From NCBI GenBank assembly GCA_037443035.1, contig JBBIPC010000007.1, forward strand, positions 32,001-96,000: a DNA stretch of 64,000 nucleotides. The letters are read 5' to 3'. The translations under genes and the position numbers were made by a program. A model generated the notes under the pieces. The model ran no database searches. It saw only the letters and a list, made by a program, of their open reading frames with translations, and was not told the DNA's origin. This DNA comes from Chthonomonadales bacterium. GTDB taxonomy: Bacteria > Armatimonadota > Chthonomonadetes > Chthonomonadales > CAJBBX01. Shown here piece after piece: positions 17,517-26,841 of this stretch (the first letter of the stretch is position 1; each line of letters opens with the position of its first letter).

Positions 17517-20011
17517 TCCGCCTACTTGGACGTAGAGGGCGTCCCGACCGGACCATCGGCAGCGCCGGTGGCTCCAGACACATGGCACCGGCACCGGAAC
17601 CGCCGCCACCTGGCAAGTTCGTCGAAGACTTGGTCGGAGAACTCGGTCGAGGTCAGGAAGCTCTCATACCTATCCTCCAGGCCATCCAGAAACGCTACCG
17701 GTATCTACCCGAGGAGGCTCTCCATCGGATCTGCGAACTGACGGATATCACGCCAACAGACCTCATGGGTGCGGCAACCTTCTATTCTCAGTTCCGGCTC
17801 GAGCCTGTGGGTCGCCACATCGTCAGCGTCTGCCACGGCACGGCCTGCCACGTGAAGGGTTCCGAGCTTGTGGACGATGGTCTGCGGCGTTACCTCCGCT
17901 TAGGAGAGGGTCAGGACACCGACCGAGATGGCGTTTTCACCGTGAAGAGAGTCGCATGCGTTGGGTGCTGCACTCTCGCTCCCGTGATACAGATTGACGG
18001 CCTCACCTACGGCCACATGAGCTCGGAGACCGTCGGCAAAGCCCTCGAGGACTACCTCTCGCTGGAGCGACGCGGCGAAGTACCTTCGGCCACGAGCGAC
18101 ACCTACGGCGGCAACATGGGCGAGGTTCGGCTTGCCCTGGACTCCTGCTGCATCGCTGGCGGGACCATGCGCGTCCGGGATGCCGTCGCTAAGGCCATCG
18201 CCGACGTTGGCGCACCCGCCGTTGTTCGGGGTATCTCCTGCAGCGGGCTGTGTCACCAGATCCCGCTCGTGGAAGTAGCAGTACCGGGCAGGCCCATCGT
18301 TACCTACGCCCGATTCGATCCTGCCGACGCAGAAGGTCTGGTCAGGCGCCACTTTCGCCCCACTCGGTTCTCGGACCGCTTGAGAGCGACTGCCACCACT
18401 CTGCTGGATGGCTTGCTGGCAGACGATGCGCGGCAGCCTCTGACACGCTACGCACTGGACACACGCGATCCCATGCTCTGCGCGTATCTCGGTCCCCAGA
18501 AGCGGATCGCCATGGAGCATGCCGGTGAGTATCCGCCCTTGGACCTGGAAGCCTACGCGAGTCGAGGAGGTTTCAGCGCTCTTCGCCGATGCGTCGCTGC
18601 AATGACTCCGGAACAGGTGATCGGCGAGGTGAAGAGGAGCGGTCTGCGGGGCCGCGGCGGAGCCGGTTTTCCAACGGGTCTGAAGTGGGAGAAGGTACGC
18701 GCCGCAGGTGGTACACCCAAGTACGTCATCTGCAACGGCGACGAGGGCGATCCTGGCGCATTCATGGATCGGATGCTGCTGGAGTCGTTCCCGTTCCGCG
18801 TGCTGGAGGGTATTGCCATCGCGGCTTATGCAGTAGGTGCAGAAGAGGGTGTGCTGTATATACGCGCCGAGTACCCTTACGCCGTGGAGAGAATCCGTCG
18901 TGCCATCGCCATGTGCGAGGAGCGAGGTCTGTTCCATCTTGGGTCGGACGGCCGACCTGCTAAGAGCACGACGAGCGACGGGCACGGCAGCTTTCGCCTC
19001 CGGCTCCGGGTCATGGAGGGGGCAGGCGCGTTCGTCTGCGGGGAGGAGACCGCCCTGATCGCTTCCATTGAGGGGCGGCGCGGCGTACCGACGCTGCGTC
19101 CCCCGTACCCGTCCGAGAGCGGGCTATGGGGAAAGCCCACGTCCATCAACAACGTGGAGACGTACGCCCTTGTACCGTGGATACTCCGCAACGGCGCAGA
19201 GGCGTTCGCCGCCATCGGCACCGAGAACAGCAAGGGGACCAAGGTGTTCGCACTGGCAGGGAAGGTGCGCCGCGGCGGGTTGATCGAGGTGCCCATGGGA
19301 GTAACGATCCGCACCATCGTGGAAGATATCGGCGGAGGGGTACCCGAGGGTTCCCACTTCAAAGCGGTGCAGATCGGTGGCCCATCCGGCGGATGCCTTC
19401 CGGCGAGCCTGGCGGACACGCCCGTGGACTACGATGCCCTCCGGTCCGTGGGGACCATCATGGGTTCCGGCGGCATGGTGGTTCTCGACGATCGTACCTG
19501 CATGGTGGACATCGCCCGCTATTTCCTCGCGTTCACGCAAGCGGAGTCCTGCGGAAAGTGCACGTTCTGCCGCCTGGGAACGAAGCGCATGCTGGAGATC
19601 CTCGAACGCATGTGCACAGGCCGAGGCCGTCGCGGAGATATCGAGAAGCTGGAGGAGCTGAGCCGGATGGTCCAGCAAGGCAGCCTCTGTGGCCTCGGTC
19701 AGACAGCGCCTAACCCAGTCCTGACCGGCATCCGGTACTTCCGCGAGGAGTACGAAGCCCATCTCGATGGCAAGTGTCCGGCCGGTGCCTGCAAGGAGCT
19801 GATCCGATACGAGATCACCGAGGACTGCATCGGCTGTACGCTCTGCGCGCAGCAGTGCCCGGTCGATGCCATCGCGTTGCGGCCATTCGCTCGCCACGTG
19901 ATCGCAGACGAGAAGTGCACGCGATGCGACACCTGCCGGAAGCAGTGCCCCGAGGACGCCATTGTCATTCTGTCCGGCGGCGAACGTGTCGTGACGGGCA
20001 GGAGAGGGTGA
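17513..20011 (+). CDS. Fused NuoE-NuoF (HydC-HydB-like) NADH-binding flavo-Fe-S subunit
   Basis: NuoE VCHGTACHVKG/ACVGCC; second thioredoxin-like 2Fe-2S domain; LRGRGGAGFPTG, NGDEGDPGAFMDR, GAFVCGEETAL, GGPSGG, ESCGKCTFCR, CPAGAC; two C-terminal 4Fe-4S motifs. Confidence 0.93.
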   Translation: MIRLLGRRGRPDRTIGSAGGSRHMAPAPEPPPPGKFVEDLVGELGRGQEALIPILQAIQKRYRYLPEEALHRICELTDITPTDLMGAATFYSQFRLEPVGRHIVSVCHGTACHVKGSELVDDGLRRYLRLGEGQDTDRDGVFTVKRVACVGCCTLAPVIQIDGLTYGHMSSETVGKALEDYLSLERRGEVPSATSDTYGGNMGEVRLALDSCCIAGGTMRVRDAVAKAIADVGAPAVVRGISCSGLCHQIPLVEVAVPGRPIVTYARFDPADAEGLVRRHFRPTRFSDRLRATATTLLDGLLADDARQPLTRYALDTRDPMLCAYLGPQKRIAMEHAGEYPPLDLEAYASRGGFSALRRCVAAMTPEQVIGEVKRSGLRGRGGAGFPTGLKWEKVRAAGGTPKYVICNGDEGDPGAFMDRMLLESFPFRVLEGIAIAAYAVGAEEGVLYIRAEYPYAVERIRRAIAMCEERGLFHLGSDGRPAKSTTSDGHGSFRLRLRVMEGAGAFVCGEETALIASIEGRRGVPTLRPPYPSESGLWGKPTSINNVETYALVPWILRNGAEAFAAIGTENSKGTKVFALAGKVRRGGLIEVPMGVTIRTIVEDIGGGVPEGSHFKAVQIGGPSGGCLPASLADTPVDYDALRSVGTIMGSGGMVVLDDRTCMVDIARYFLAFTQAESCGKCTFCRLGTKRMLEILERMCTGRGRRGDIEKLEELSRMVQQGSLCGLGQTAPNPVLTGIRYFREEYEAHLDGKCPAGACKELIRYEITEDCIGCTLCAQQCPVDAIALRPFARHVIADEKCTRCDTCRKQCPEDAIVILSGGERVVTGRRG

Positions 20012-20024
20012 GGGAGGAGATCCA

Positions 20025-21593
20025 ATGCCTGATCTCACCATAGACGGGCGGACGGTGCACGCACCGGAAGGAGCGACCATCCTCGAGGCGGCGGCATTGG
20101 CCGACATCGAGATACCGACTCTCTGCTACCTGCCGCACAAGCCTCCCCAGACCTCGTGTTTCCTCTGCGTAGTCCGCGTAGAGGGGACGTCGCGCCTCCT
20201 ACCGGCGTGCGCCACGCGTGTATCCGACGGCATGGTAGTCCACAACGAGTGCGACGAAGTGCGCGCCGCCAGGCGGACGGCCATCGAATTGCTGTTGAGC
20301 GATCACCTGGGCGACTGTGTGGGGCCATGCCAAAGCGTCTGTCCAGCCCATATGGACATCCCACAGATGATGGCCTTGACCGCTCGAGGACGCTTCAGGG
20401 AAGCGCTCATCGTTGTCAAGGAGGCGATACCCCTGCCCGCGGTTCTCGGCCGGATATGCCCTGAGTTATGCGAGAAGGGGTGCCGTCGGGCATCGTACGA
20501 CGCTCCGCTCTCCGTCTGCCTAACGAAACGATTCGTGGCGGACTACGACCTGGCGAGCGACCATCCCTACATGCCGGAGTGCGCTCCTCCGACGGGCAAG
20601 CGGGTAGCTGTCATCGGCTCCGGTCCCGCAGGGCTGTCGGCGGCGTATTACCTGAGGCGTGCTGGGCATGCGTGTGTCGTATTCGATGAGCATGAAGCCC
20701 TCGGAGGCATGCTCCGGTACGGCGTGTCTCGTGACGTTCTACCAGAGCAGGTCCTGGACAACGAGATCGAGATTATCCGGCGTATGGGGGTCGTCTTCGT
20801 TCCCCGTACGCGCATCGGCCGTGACGCTTCGCTGCTGGAGATGAAACGCGAGTATGATGCGATCCTTCTTGCGGTAGGAGACGTGCGAGACGGAAGGAAC
20901 GAGTGGGCATCCCTCGCCTTCGGTCCTCAAGGACTGCAGGTGGATCGTGCTTCGATGATGACGTCCATGGAGGGCGTCTTCGCAGCGGGTGGCGCACTGC
21001 TACCCCTGAAGCACGCGGTCCGGGCCGTGGCGGACGGACGCGCGGCTGCATATGCTATCAGCGAGTACCTCGTGGGATCACCTGTAGGTACGGTAGATCC
21101 CGGTTTCAGTGTGCATATCGGAAAGCTGGACGCGCAGGAGGTTCTCCCGTTTCTCCGCTTCGGCACGCCGGACGGCCGCCAGTCACCGTCTAGCCAGGAC
21201 GGCGGTTTCACTCCCGAGGAGGTCCAGCGGGAATCTCGCCGGTGCCTGCAATGTGCATGTTCGGCCGCATCCCGCTGCCGTCTCAGGATGTTCGCTCAGC
21301 GGTACGACGCCCAGCCGCTTCGCTACAGCGGTGAGAGACGCGGTATGGGCATAGACGACAGCCACCCGGACATCCTCTTCGATTCGGGCAAGTGCATTGC
21401 GTGCGGCATTTGTGTGCGCATCGCAGCAGAGGCGCACGAGAAGCTCGGCATAGGCTTCGTAGGCAGAGGATTCGGGGTACGAACCGCAGCACCCTTCCAC
21501 GCCGCCATGGTGGACGGGCTACGAGAGGTGGCCCTCGCCTGCGCCGATGCTTGCCCCACAGGAGCCCTAGTGCGCCGAACGACGCTCCCCTAG
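20025..21593 (+). CDS. NuoG/HydA-N-terminal 2Fe-2S plus shortened GltD-like FAD domain plus 4Fe-4S protein
   Basis: IPTLC..SCFLC..PAC; CVGPCQSVCP; RICPELCEKGC; VIGSGPAGL; RCLQCAC; CIACGIC..CPTGAL. Confidence 0.88.
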   Translation: MPDLTIDGRTVHAPEGATILEAAALADIEIPTLCYLPHKPPQTSCFLCVVRVEGTSRLLPACATRVSDGMVVHNECDEVRAARRTAIELLLSDHLGDCVGPCQSVCPAHMDIPQMMALTARGRFREALIVVKEAIPLPAVLGRICPELCEKGCRRASYDAPLSVCLTKRFVADYDLASDHPYMPECAPPTGKRVAVIGSGPAGLSAAYYLRRAGHACVVFDEHEALGGMLRYGVSRDVLPEQVLDNEIEIIRRMGVVFVPRTRIGRDASLLEMKREYDAILLAVGDVRDGRNEWASLAFGPQGLQVDRASMMTSMEGVFAAGGALLPLKHAVRAVADGRAAAYAISEYLVGSPVGTVDPGFSVHIGKLDAQEVLPFLRFGTPDGRQSPSSQDGGFTPEEVQRESRRCLQCACSAASRCRLRMFAQRYDAQPLRYSGERRGMGIDDSHPDILFDSGKCIACGICVRIAAEAHEKLGIGFVGRGFGVRTAAPFHAAMVDGLREVALACADACPTGALVRRTTLP

Positions 21594-21670
21594 GAGGGGT
21601 TCTCCAGGAAGAGCGTACTCCGAAACGTCTCCCGGACTACGAGCGCCAACTTCTTACCAGAAGACAGCCC

Positions 21671-21707
21671 TCTGCGGGGGACGCCGGTCTTGGACATCCC
21701 CCGCAGA
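21671..21707. terminator. Hairpin between convergent genes, probable terminator
   Basis: Perfect 11 bp stem TCTGCGGGGGA / TCCCCCGCAGA. Confidence 0.6.
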
Positions 21708-21734
21708 ACCAGCTTCAGGTTGTGAGTCTGACGA

Positions 21735-22886
21735 CTAGTCGCAGTCGGGACATCCGCCAGGTGCGCCCGTGTTGGACGGCCGCAACCAGTAGATGACGTG
21801 CGTTATGTTGCCGTTGGTCGTCTGCGAGTAGACGCCCTTGTCCTCGTAGTAGTCCAGCTTGGCCTCGACCCAGTACGGTCCAGGCGGAGGTACCACGAAG
21901 GCGGCAATGCCCTGCGTTGATGTGATGCCGCGCGCCTGCCACGCACCTCGATCACGCCGCACGCGAACCATGGCTCCGCAGACGGGCACCATGGGGCTCA
22001 CGGTCGGATCCTCCACCACCTCTACGATAATGTAGTGGGTAGTGCTGGGATAGGTGTTGATGGCCCACCATGAGAAGTGTGTCACCTGGGCGCGGTACAC
22101 GGCCGGGCTGACGGTGTCGTCTCGAGTCGCCATCGCCTCGACGATCCAACGGCCTGTTGCCTTATCGAGCGACCAGACAGGTACGGTGGGCGTTCCCGGA
22201 TCATGCCCAGGCGTGATGGGGAACTCCACCGTGGCAGGCTTCGCCGGGTCCAGTCGGGCCGGCTGACCCGTGGAGTCCTTCAGCGCTACGTTCACGACAC
22301 CATGACTGAACAGCGGCACTTCGCCACCACCGACGACCCCGACGAAGAGACTCGGGTACGCATAGTTGAAGCGAGCGTCCTCCGGTGAGGCAGTTGTGAT
22401 GGAAACAACCGGATTCGCCACAGGCGCCCCGGACGCATCCACAACGCTGTTGGCAGGGAACGTGATCTTGCAGTTCAGCCCGTCAGCACGATTGTCCTCG
22501 ACCACGCTGTCCTGGGTGCCATCCATGTTGATCGTCGCGCCTGACTTGAAGAGCACGACGTCCATGGTTGACCAGCGCCCGTTCTCCACTTTCGCTACGG
22601 CTACGGATTCGGCGTAGCTCGGCTTGGAGTAGGTGACGGTGAACTCCTGGGTGCCGGACGGGACGCCTTTGAGGACGTACAGACCGGCGCTGTTCGTGGT
22701 TGTCGTGACGGCCGGATTGGATGCCAGGCTGACCGTGACGCCCGCGATAGGCAGGTCGGAAGTGTCTGTAACCTTGCCCATCAGGCGCGGGCTCCGTGTG
22801 GAAGAGCCACCGCCGCCGCATCCGGCCAACGCTAGGACAGCCACGGCGGCTGCAACGACAACGAGTGCGATTGTGCCTTTCTTCAT
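21735..22886 (-). CDS. Lipoprotein with a carboxypeptidase-regulatory-like domain
   Basis: MKK..LAGC lipobox; GKVTD...PIAGVTV...TTNSAGLY; VTHFSWW; GGAGG RBS. Confidence 0.8.
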   Translation of the reverse strand: MKKGTIALVVVAAAVAVLALAGCGGGGSSTRSPRLMGKVTDTSDLPIAGVTVSLASNPAVTTTTNSAGLYVLKGVPSGTQEFTVTYSKPSYAESVAVAKVENGRWSTMDVVLFKSGATINMDGTQDSVVEDNRADGLNCKITFPANSVVDASGAPVANPVVSITTASPEDARFNYAYPSLFVGVVGGGEVPLFSHGVVNVALKDSTGQPARLDPAKPATVEFPITPGHDPGTPTVPVWSLDKATGRWIVEAMATRDDTVSPAVYRAQVTHFSWWAINTYPSTTHYIIVEVVEDPTVSPMVPVCGAMVRVRRDRGAWQARGITSTQGIAAFVVPPPGPYWVEAKLDYYEDKGVYSQTTNGNITHVIYWLRPSNTGAPGGCPDCD

Positions 22887-22918
22887 CTGTGTGTGACCTC
22901 CTTGGCTGCCGACCCTGA

Positions 22919-24820
22919 TCATTGTCCGGGCCACCAACCGCTCTCCGGAACGAACCGGTAGCGATCAAGAAACGTATTGCGCAAGTCGGGCCCGAGCGAA
23001 AGCTCCCGAGCCGTGATGTCCTCCAAGTACAGATAGTTGACGCCTTCGATGATGCTGCGCAACTGCTGTTCGACGTAGTCCTCCAGCCGCACCCTCACAC
23101 GCTGGGGTGGTTGCGGCTGGCGGCGCGGGCTCAGCGGCATGCTGAGCGTGATCTGGACAAGGCGGCTCGTGGACGTATCCCGTACCCCGATTCCCAGCTC
23201 CACAGAGCCGAACTGACGAATGAAATCCACGCCGACGCCAGTGTCGGCGGTAAGGAAGCGGCCGCCCAGCAAGCGGATCTGCGACTTCCATTGTGGCAGG
23301 AAATGCCAGTATTCCAGCAACCAGTACAGCCGCTTGTCCAACCGGTCGTGGTTAATGCGTCCGAATACGCCATGGACGAGGCTCCGACTGCTCAGTGGCC
23401 TCAGCGCCTCCACCACGACACCGTCAGCAGACCTGGGGAACTTGCCGGCGATGACCTGCGCGAGCCATCGTGGGCGCGGTGAAAACGCGTAGGAGACCAC
23501 GGCACGATCGTTGCGCCATCGGCGCGGCTCCTCATCCACCAGCTCCCCACCGAGCGGGTAGATCCATCGGGCCTGAGCTTGAGCGCCACGGCCTAATGGC
23601 GCCACCACCTCCACCCTGCCGAAGACACCGATCTGAAATACGTCCGTCTCCGTACCCAGCACGGTTCGCATGCCCGGGCTCAACACGACATCCACATGCC
23701 CGAAGGAGCTGTTGGCGACGGCAGTTTCCTGCTGTGGCCCCCGCATCTCGCCGGTTGGAGGCAATAAAGTCACTTCGCTCGCCTCTCGCATGTCTGCAGG
23801 AGTCGCGTCGCCGGCTGCGTAGCGCTTGAATGTCTCCAGGGGAACCCGGTACTCGGCCATGACCAGAGCACGCCGTCGCAGTCGTACCACCAAAGCCACT
23901 GTGTTCGGGGGCGCGTTCTCAGCCATGACCTTCAGGACATCAGGAAGGCCATCGAGCTGATTCACTGTGAAGCAGCGGTCATCGTAGGCAACGGCTAGCT
24001 CCGAGTTCTCGCCGATGAGGGTGGCCGAGACCTGGACATCCTCGAACCCGGATTTCACCAACGCCTCTTTGATGCGCTCCATGGCCTCGCTGATGGTGCC
24101 CTCGGGCGGCTTCCGTGCGGGGGGCTCCAGCTTGCGCGGAGGCAGGTAGGCCATGGGCCAGCTAAAGCCAACTGTAGCTGTTGTACCGGTACTGAGGTTG
24201 GCAACACGGGCGAAGGCGCGGTCGCCCAGTGCAGCGACGATACCGTAGTTCACCCGCTCTGTATCGTACTCCGCCTGAAGCTCGATGGCGTTGCCGAGGC
24301 GAACCTGCAAGCCAGCCAGCAGCCCGTGGTTGCCACTGAACGCTCCACCCAGGGTAAGGCCCACCTGATTGTCCAAGAGTGGCCACGTGGCAACTAGGAA
24401 GCCCGTGGAGCCCTTGGGACCATTGCGCGCCACGTCCACCACGCCAAGCGCTACGGCCGGCATGGAGCCCGAGGCGTTCAGCAGGTTCACCTTCCCATGG
24501 CCAGCCAAGTCGAAATCCTGCGACGCAGGTCCCAGGGAGAAGGCGAACTCGGTGTGTGGAATGACGCCCGCTACGGCAGCGAAGGAGCTCCTGGCCCCGA
24601 TGGAGACAGGTCCCATGCCCATGGGAGGTGTATAGACGAATCTCGCATGTTCCTGCCTCAGCACGAACGCGTTCGGCACCCGGATAAGACCCGTCAGGCC
24701 TGTGAGACTCGCCGTGCGGTCCAGGCCGCTACCGGAAGGTTGGGCGTAGCAGGACACGCCGCTTCCCAACGCCAGCGACACCAGAAGCAACTCCCCTACT
24801 GCGTAGAGGATTCCACGCAT
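22919..24820 (-). CDS. YjbH-domain outer-membrane/exopolysaccharide-associated protein
   Basis: Signal peptide; GLTGLIRVPNA; QAEYD; GRFLTADTGVGVDFIRQFGSVELG. Confidence 0.75.
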   Translation of the reverse strand: MRGILYAVGELLLVSLALGSGVSCYAQPSGSGLDRTASLTGLTGLIRVPNAFVLRQEHARFVYTPPMGMGPVSIGARSSFAAVAGVIPHTEFAFSLGPASQDFDLAGHGKVNLLNASGSMPAVALGVVDVARNGPKGSTGFLVATWPLLDNQVGLTLGGAFSGNHGLLAGLQVRLGNAIELQAEYDTERVNYGIVAALGDRAFARVANLSTGTTATVGFSWPMAYLPPRKLEPPARKPPEGTISEAMERIKEALVKSGFEDVQVSATLIGENSELAVAYDDRCFTVNQLDGLPDVLKVMAENAPPNTVALVVRLRRRALVMAEYRVPLETFKRYAAGDATPADMREASEVTLLPPTGEMRGPQQETAVANSSFGHVDVVLSPGMRTVLGTETDVFQIGVFGRVEVVAPLGRGAQAQARWIYPLGGELVDEEPRRWRNDRAVVSYAFSPRPRWLAQVIAGKFPRSADGVVVEALRPLSSRSLVHGVFGRINHDRLDKRLYWLLEYWHFLPQWKSQIRLLGGRFLTADTGVGVDFIRQFGSVELGIGVRDTSTSRLVQITLSMPLSPRRQPQPPQRVRVRLEDYVEQQLRSIIEGVNYLYLEDITARELSLGPDLRNTFLDRYRFVPESGWWPGQ

Positions 24821-24872
24821 GCGTTACGTCCTTCCCCTCCGCACCCGGGCAAAGCCCGCCTGCTAATGCCTA

Positions 24873-24901
24873 ATAGTAACACGAGACCTCTCCACTGTCA
24901 A
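24873..24901 (-). promoter_or_regulatory. Sigma70 promoter for the YjbH-like/lipoprotein pair
   Basis: Minus strand TTGACA-17 nt-TACTAT with an extended TG. Confidence 0.7.
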
Positions 24902-24978
24902 GGGAGAAGCCGACAATAACGATAGACGCCACCTGGCGCAAGGCTGGCCCCTGCGTCGGGTGGCATCTCAGGGCAGTG

Positions 24979-25052
24979 TCGGGGTGGGCGGACTTGAACC
25001 GCCGACCTCGCAGTCCCGAACCGCGCGCTCTACCAAGCTGAGCCACACCCCG
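24979..25052 (-). tRNA. tRNA-Pro(CGG), CCA not encoded
   Basis: CGGGGTGTGGCTCAGCTTGGTAGAGCGCGCGGTTCGGGACTGCGAGGTCGGCGGTTCAAGTCCGCCCACCCCGA folds as a cloverleaf with anticodon loop TT-CGG-GA. Confidence 0.97.
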
Positions 25053-25072
25053 ATAGTCGGGTCGTCACGTTC

Positions 25073-25102
25073 AGTATGCTTCAAGTCCCGATCGACTGTC
25101 AA
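25073..25102 (-). promoter_or_regulatory. tRNA promoter
   Basis: Minus strand TTGACA-18 nt-CATACT, about 20 nt upstream of the tRNA. Confidence 0.65.
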
Positions 25103-25194
25103 GGTACCCAGCGTGATTCGACCGCGGATACACGGAGGGCGCTCGCATTCGCGCGGGCGCCCGCCTCGACGTCAGGTTGTGCTCCGTCCGATAT

Positions 25195-25992
25195 CTACTG
25201 GCGGTTCTCCGGGATGTTCCGGCACTGATTCTGCCAGTCGCGGAGGACGTTGCTGTCAGGTCCGGACCACCACTCCCAGAGGAAGTCGTCCGCAGGCACC
25301 TGCCCTGGCGCCCAGTTCAACGCCCCGAATGTGGCACACGCGTTGATCGCCTTGGCGTGGCCATCGTAGAAGCACCAGGTGGACTTGGCAGAGTTATGGC
25401 CGTTGAACATACCCTTGGAGCCATCGAACCACACGGTCCAGGGCAGCGTCCACGTTCCGAGATCCGGATACCACTCACGGGACTCGATAATCATGATGAG
25501 CGTGGATGGGCGTGTAGGCTCCGAGATCTTGCGGCCTGATGGCGCGTAGGCCGTGTGCGCCCAGCTGTGGCAGCCCGCATAGGACCGTCGGGCCATGGGC
25601 TGCTGCCATGCCAACTGGACATCGCTGCAGAGGCCCCATGCCCATAGGGGTTCATCGTACATCTCCCACATGGGGCAGACCGTCACGCCCGAGTTCTTGA
25701 TGTACGGATAGACCGAGTAGCGCCAGTCCCAGACGTTCCGGACGATCCGCCCGTCGAAGGATGTGCCCACCTGGGTACAGTTGCCCGACTGACCACCGTA
25801 GGGCAGGGTTTCGTCGTAGTCCTGCGCGTACTGAAGCACAGCCAGACCAAGCTGCTTGATGTTGGAAATGCACTGAGTGCGCTTCGCCTGTGCCCGCGCC
25901 TGCGCGAAGACAGGGAAGAGGATCGCCGCCAGAATGGCAATGATGGCGATCACGACGAGAAGTTCGATCAGGGTAAAGCCGCGACGTTGCAT
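25195..25992 (-). CDS. Prepilin-type N-terminal cleavage/methylation protein (DUF1559, H-X9-DG C-terminal motif)
   Basis: [64 protein letters not shown]. Confidence 0.93.
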   Translation of the reverse strand: MQRRGFTLIELLVVIAIIAILAAILFPVFAQARAQAKRTQCISNIKQLGLAVLQYAQDYDETLPYGGQSGNCTQVGTSFDGRIVRNVWDWRYSVYPYIKNSGVTVCPMWEMYDEPLWAWGLCSDVQLAWQQPMARRSYAGCHSWAHTAYAPSGRKISEPTRPSTLIMIIESREWYPDLGTWTLPWTVWFDGSKGMFNGHNSAKSTWCFYDGHAKAINACATFGALNWAPGQVPADDFLWEWWSGPDSNVLRDWQNQCRNIPENRQ

Positions 25993-26248
25993 GCTACAAC
26001 TCCTTCCTTCGGGTGGCGCTGACTTCCATCACCCGTAGTATAGTATACGTCGTTCCTGTCCTATTTCCCTGTTTTGTCCCCTGCCTTCCCGGTTTCATCG
26101 AACCTTCAACACGAACGCCAGACACCGGCCGGGCCCCAGGCCGGGCCTTGTCATCCTAGCTTATGCTACAATGGCCAGTGAGTTTGATGCGTCCGACGCC
26201 CATGGCTTGGGGAGCGTGTCGGACGTCGAGATGGAGGTTGGCTGTACT

Positions 26249-26809
26249 TTGATTGATACTAGCGATTTTCGCAACGGGCTCTCGATCATCCAGGGCAACG
26301 ACATTTTCACCATTGTCGAGTTTCAGCACGTGAAGCCAGGTAAGGGAGGCGCGTTCGTGCGCACACGATTGAAGAACGTGCGCACCGGTGCGGTCATCGA
26401 GAAGACCTTCCGTGCCGGCGAAAGGATGGAGCAGGCGAGGCTCGAGCGAAAGCCCATGCAGTACCTGTACAAACAGGACGACGAGTACTATCTGATGAAC
26501 ACCGAGACCTACGATCAGATATCGGTGTCGGGCGATCTCATCGGCGAGCCGGTGAAGTACCTCAAGGATGGAATGGAGGTCACCGTCGTCGAGCATGACG
26601 GTACGATCATCGCGGTAGAGGTACCCTTCTTCGTCGAGCTGGAGGTTGTCGAGACAGAGCCCGGTGTGCGCGGCGATACCGCGTCGGGAGGCTCGAAACC
26701 TGCGACACTCGAGACGGGTGCTGTGATTCAGGTGCCGTTTTTCGTGGATGTCGGTGACAAGGTCAAGGTGGATACTCGTACTGACGCGTATCTGGAGCGT
26801 GTGAAGTAG
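26249..26809 (+). CDS. efp: Elongation factor P
   Basis: [31 protein letters not shown] start with GGAGGT RBS. Confidence 0.97.
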   Translation: MIDTSDFRNGLSIIQGNDIFTIVEFQHVKPGKGGAFVRTRLKNVRTGAVIEKTFRAGERMEQARLERKPMQYLYKQDDEYYLMNTETYDQISVSGDLIGEPVKYLKDGMEVTVVEHDGTIIAVEVPFFVELEVVETEPGVRGDTASGGSKPATLETGAVIQVPFFVDVGDKVKVDTRTDAYLERVK

Positions 26810-26841
26810 CTCCGGCCCTGTAGGAAGGGCGACCATAGACA

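Noticed and set aside
24979..25052. tRNA-Pro as an integration site of a genomic island
   Set aside because: No integrase and no duplicated tRNA 3' end noticed in the window.
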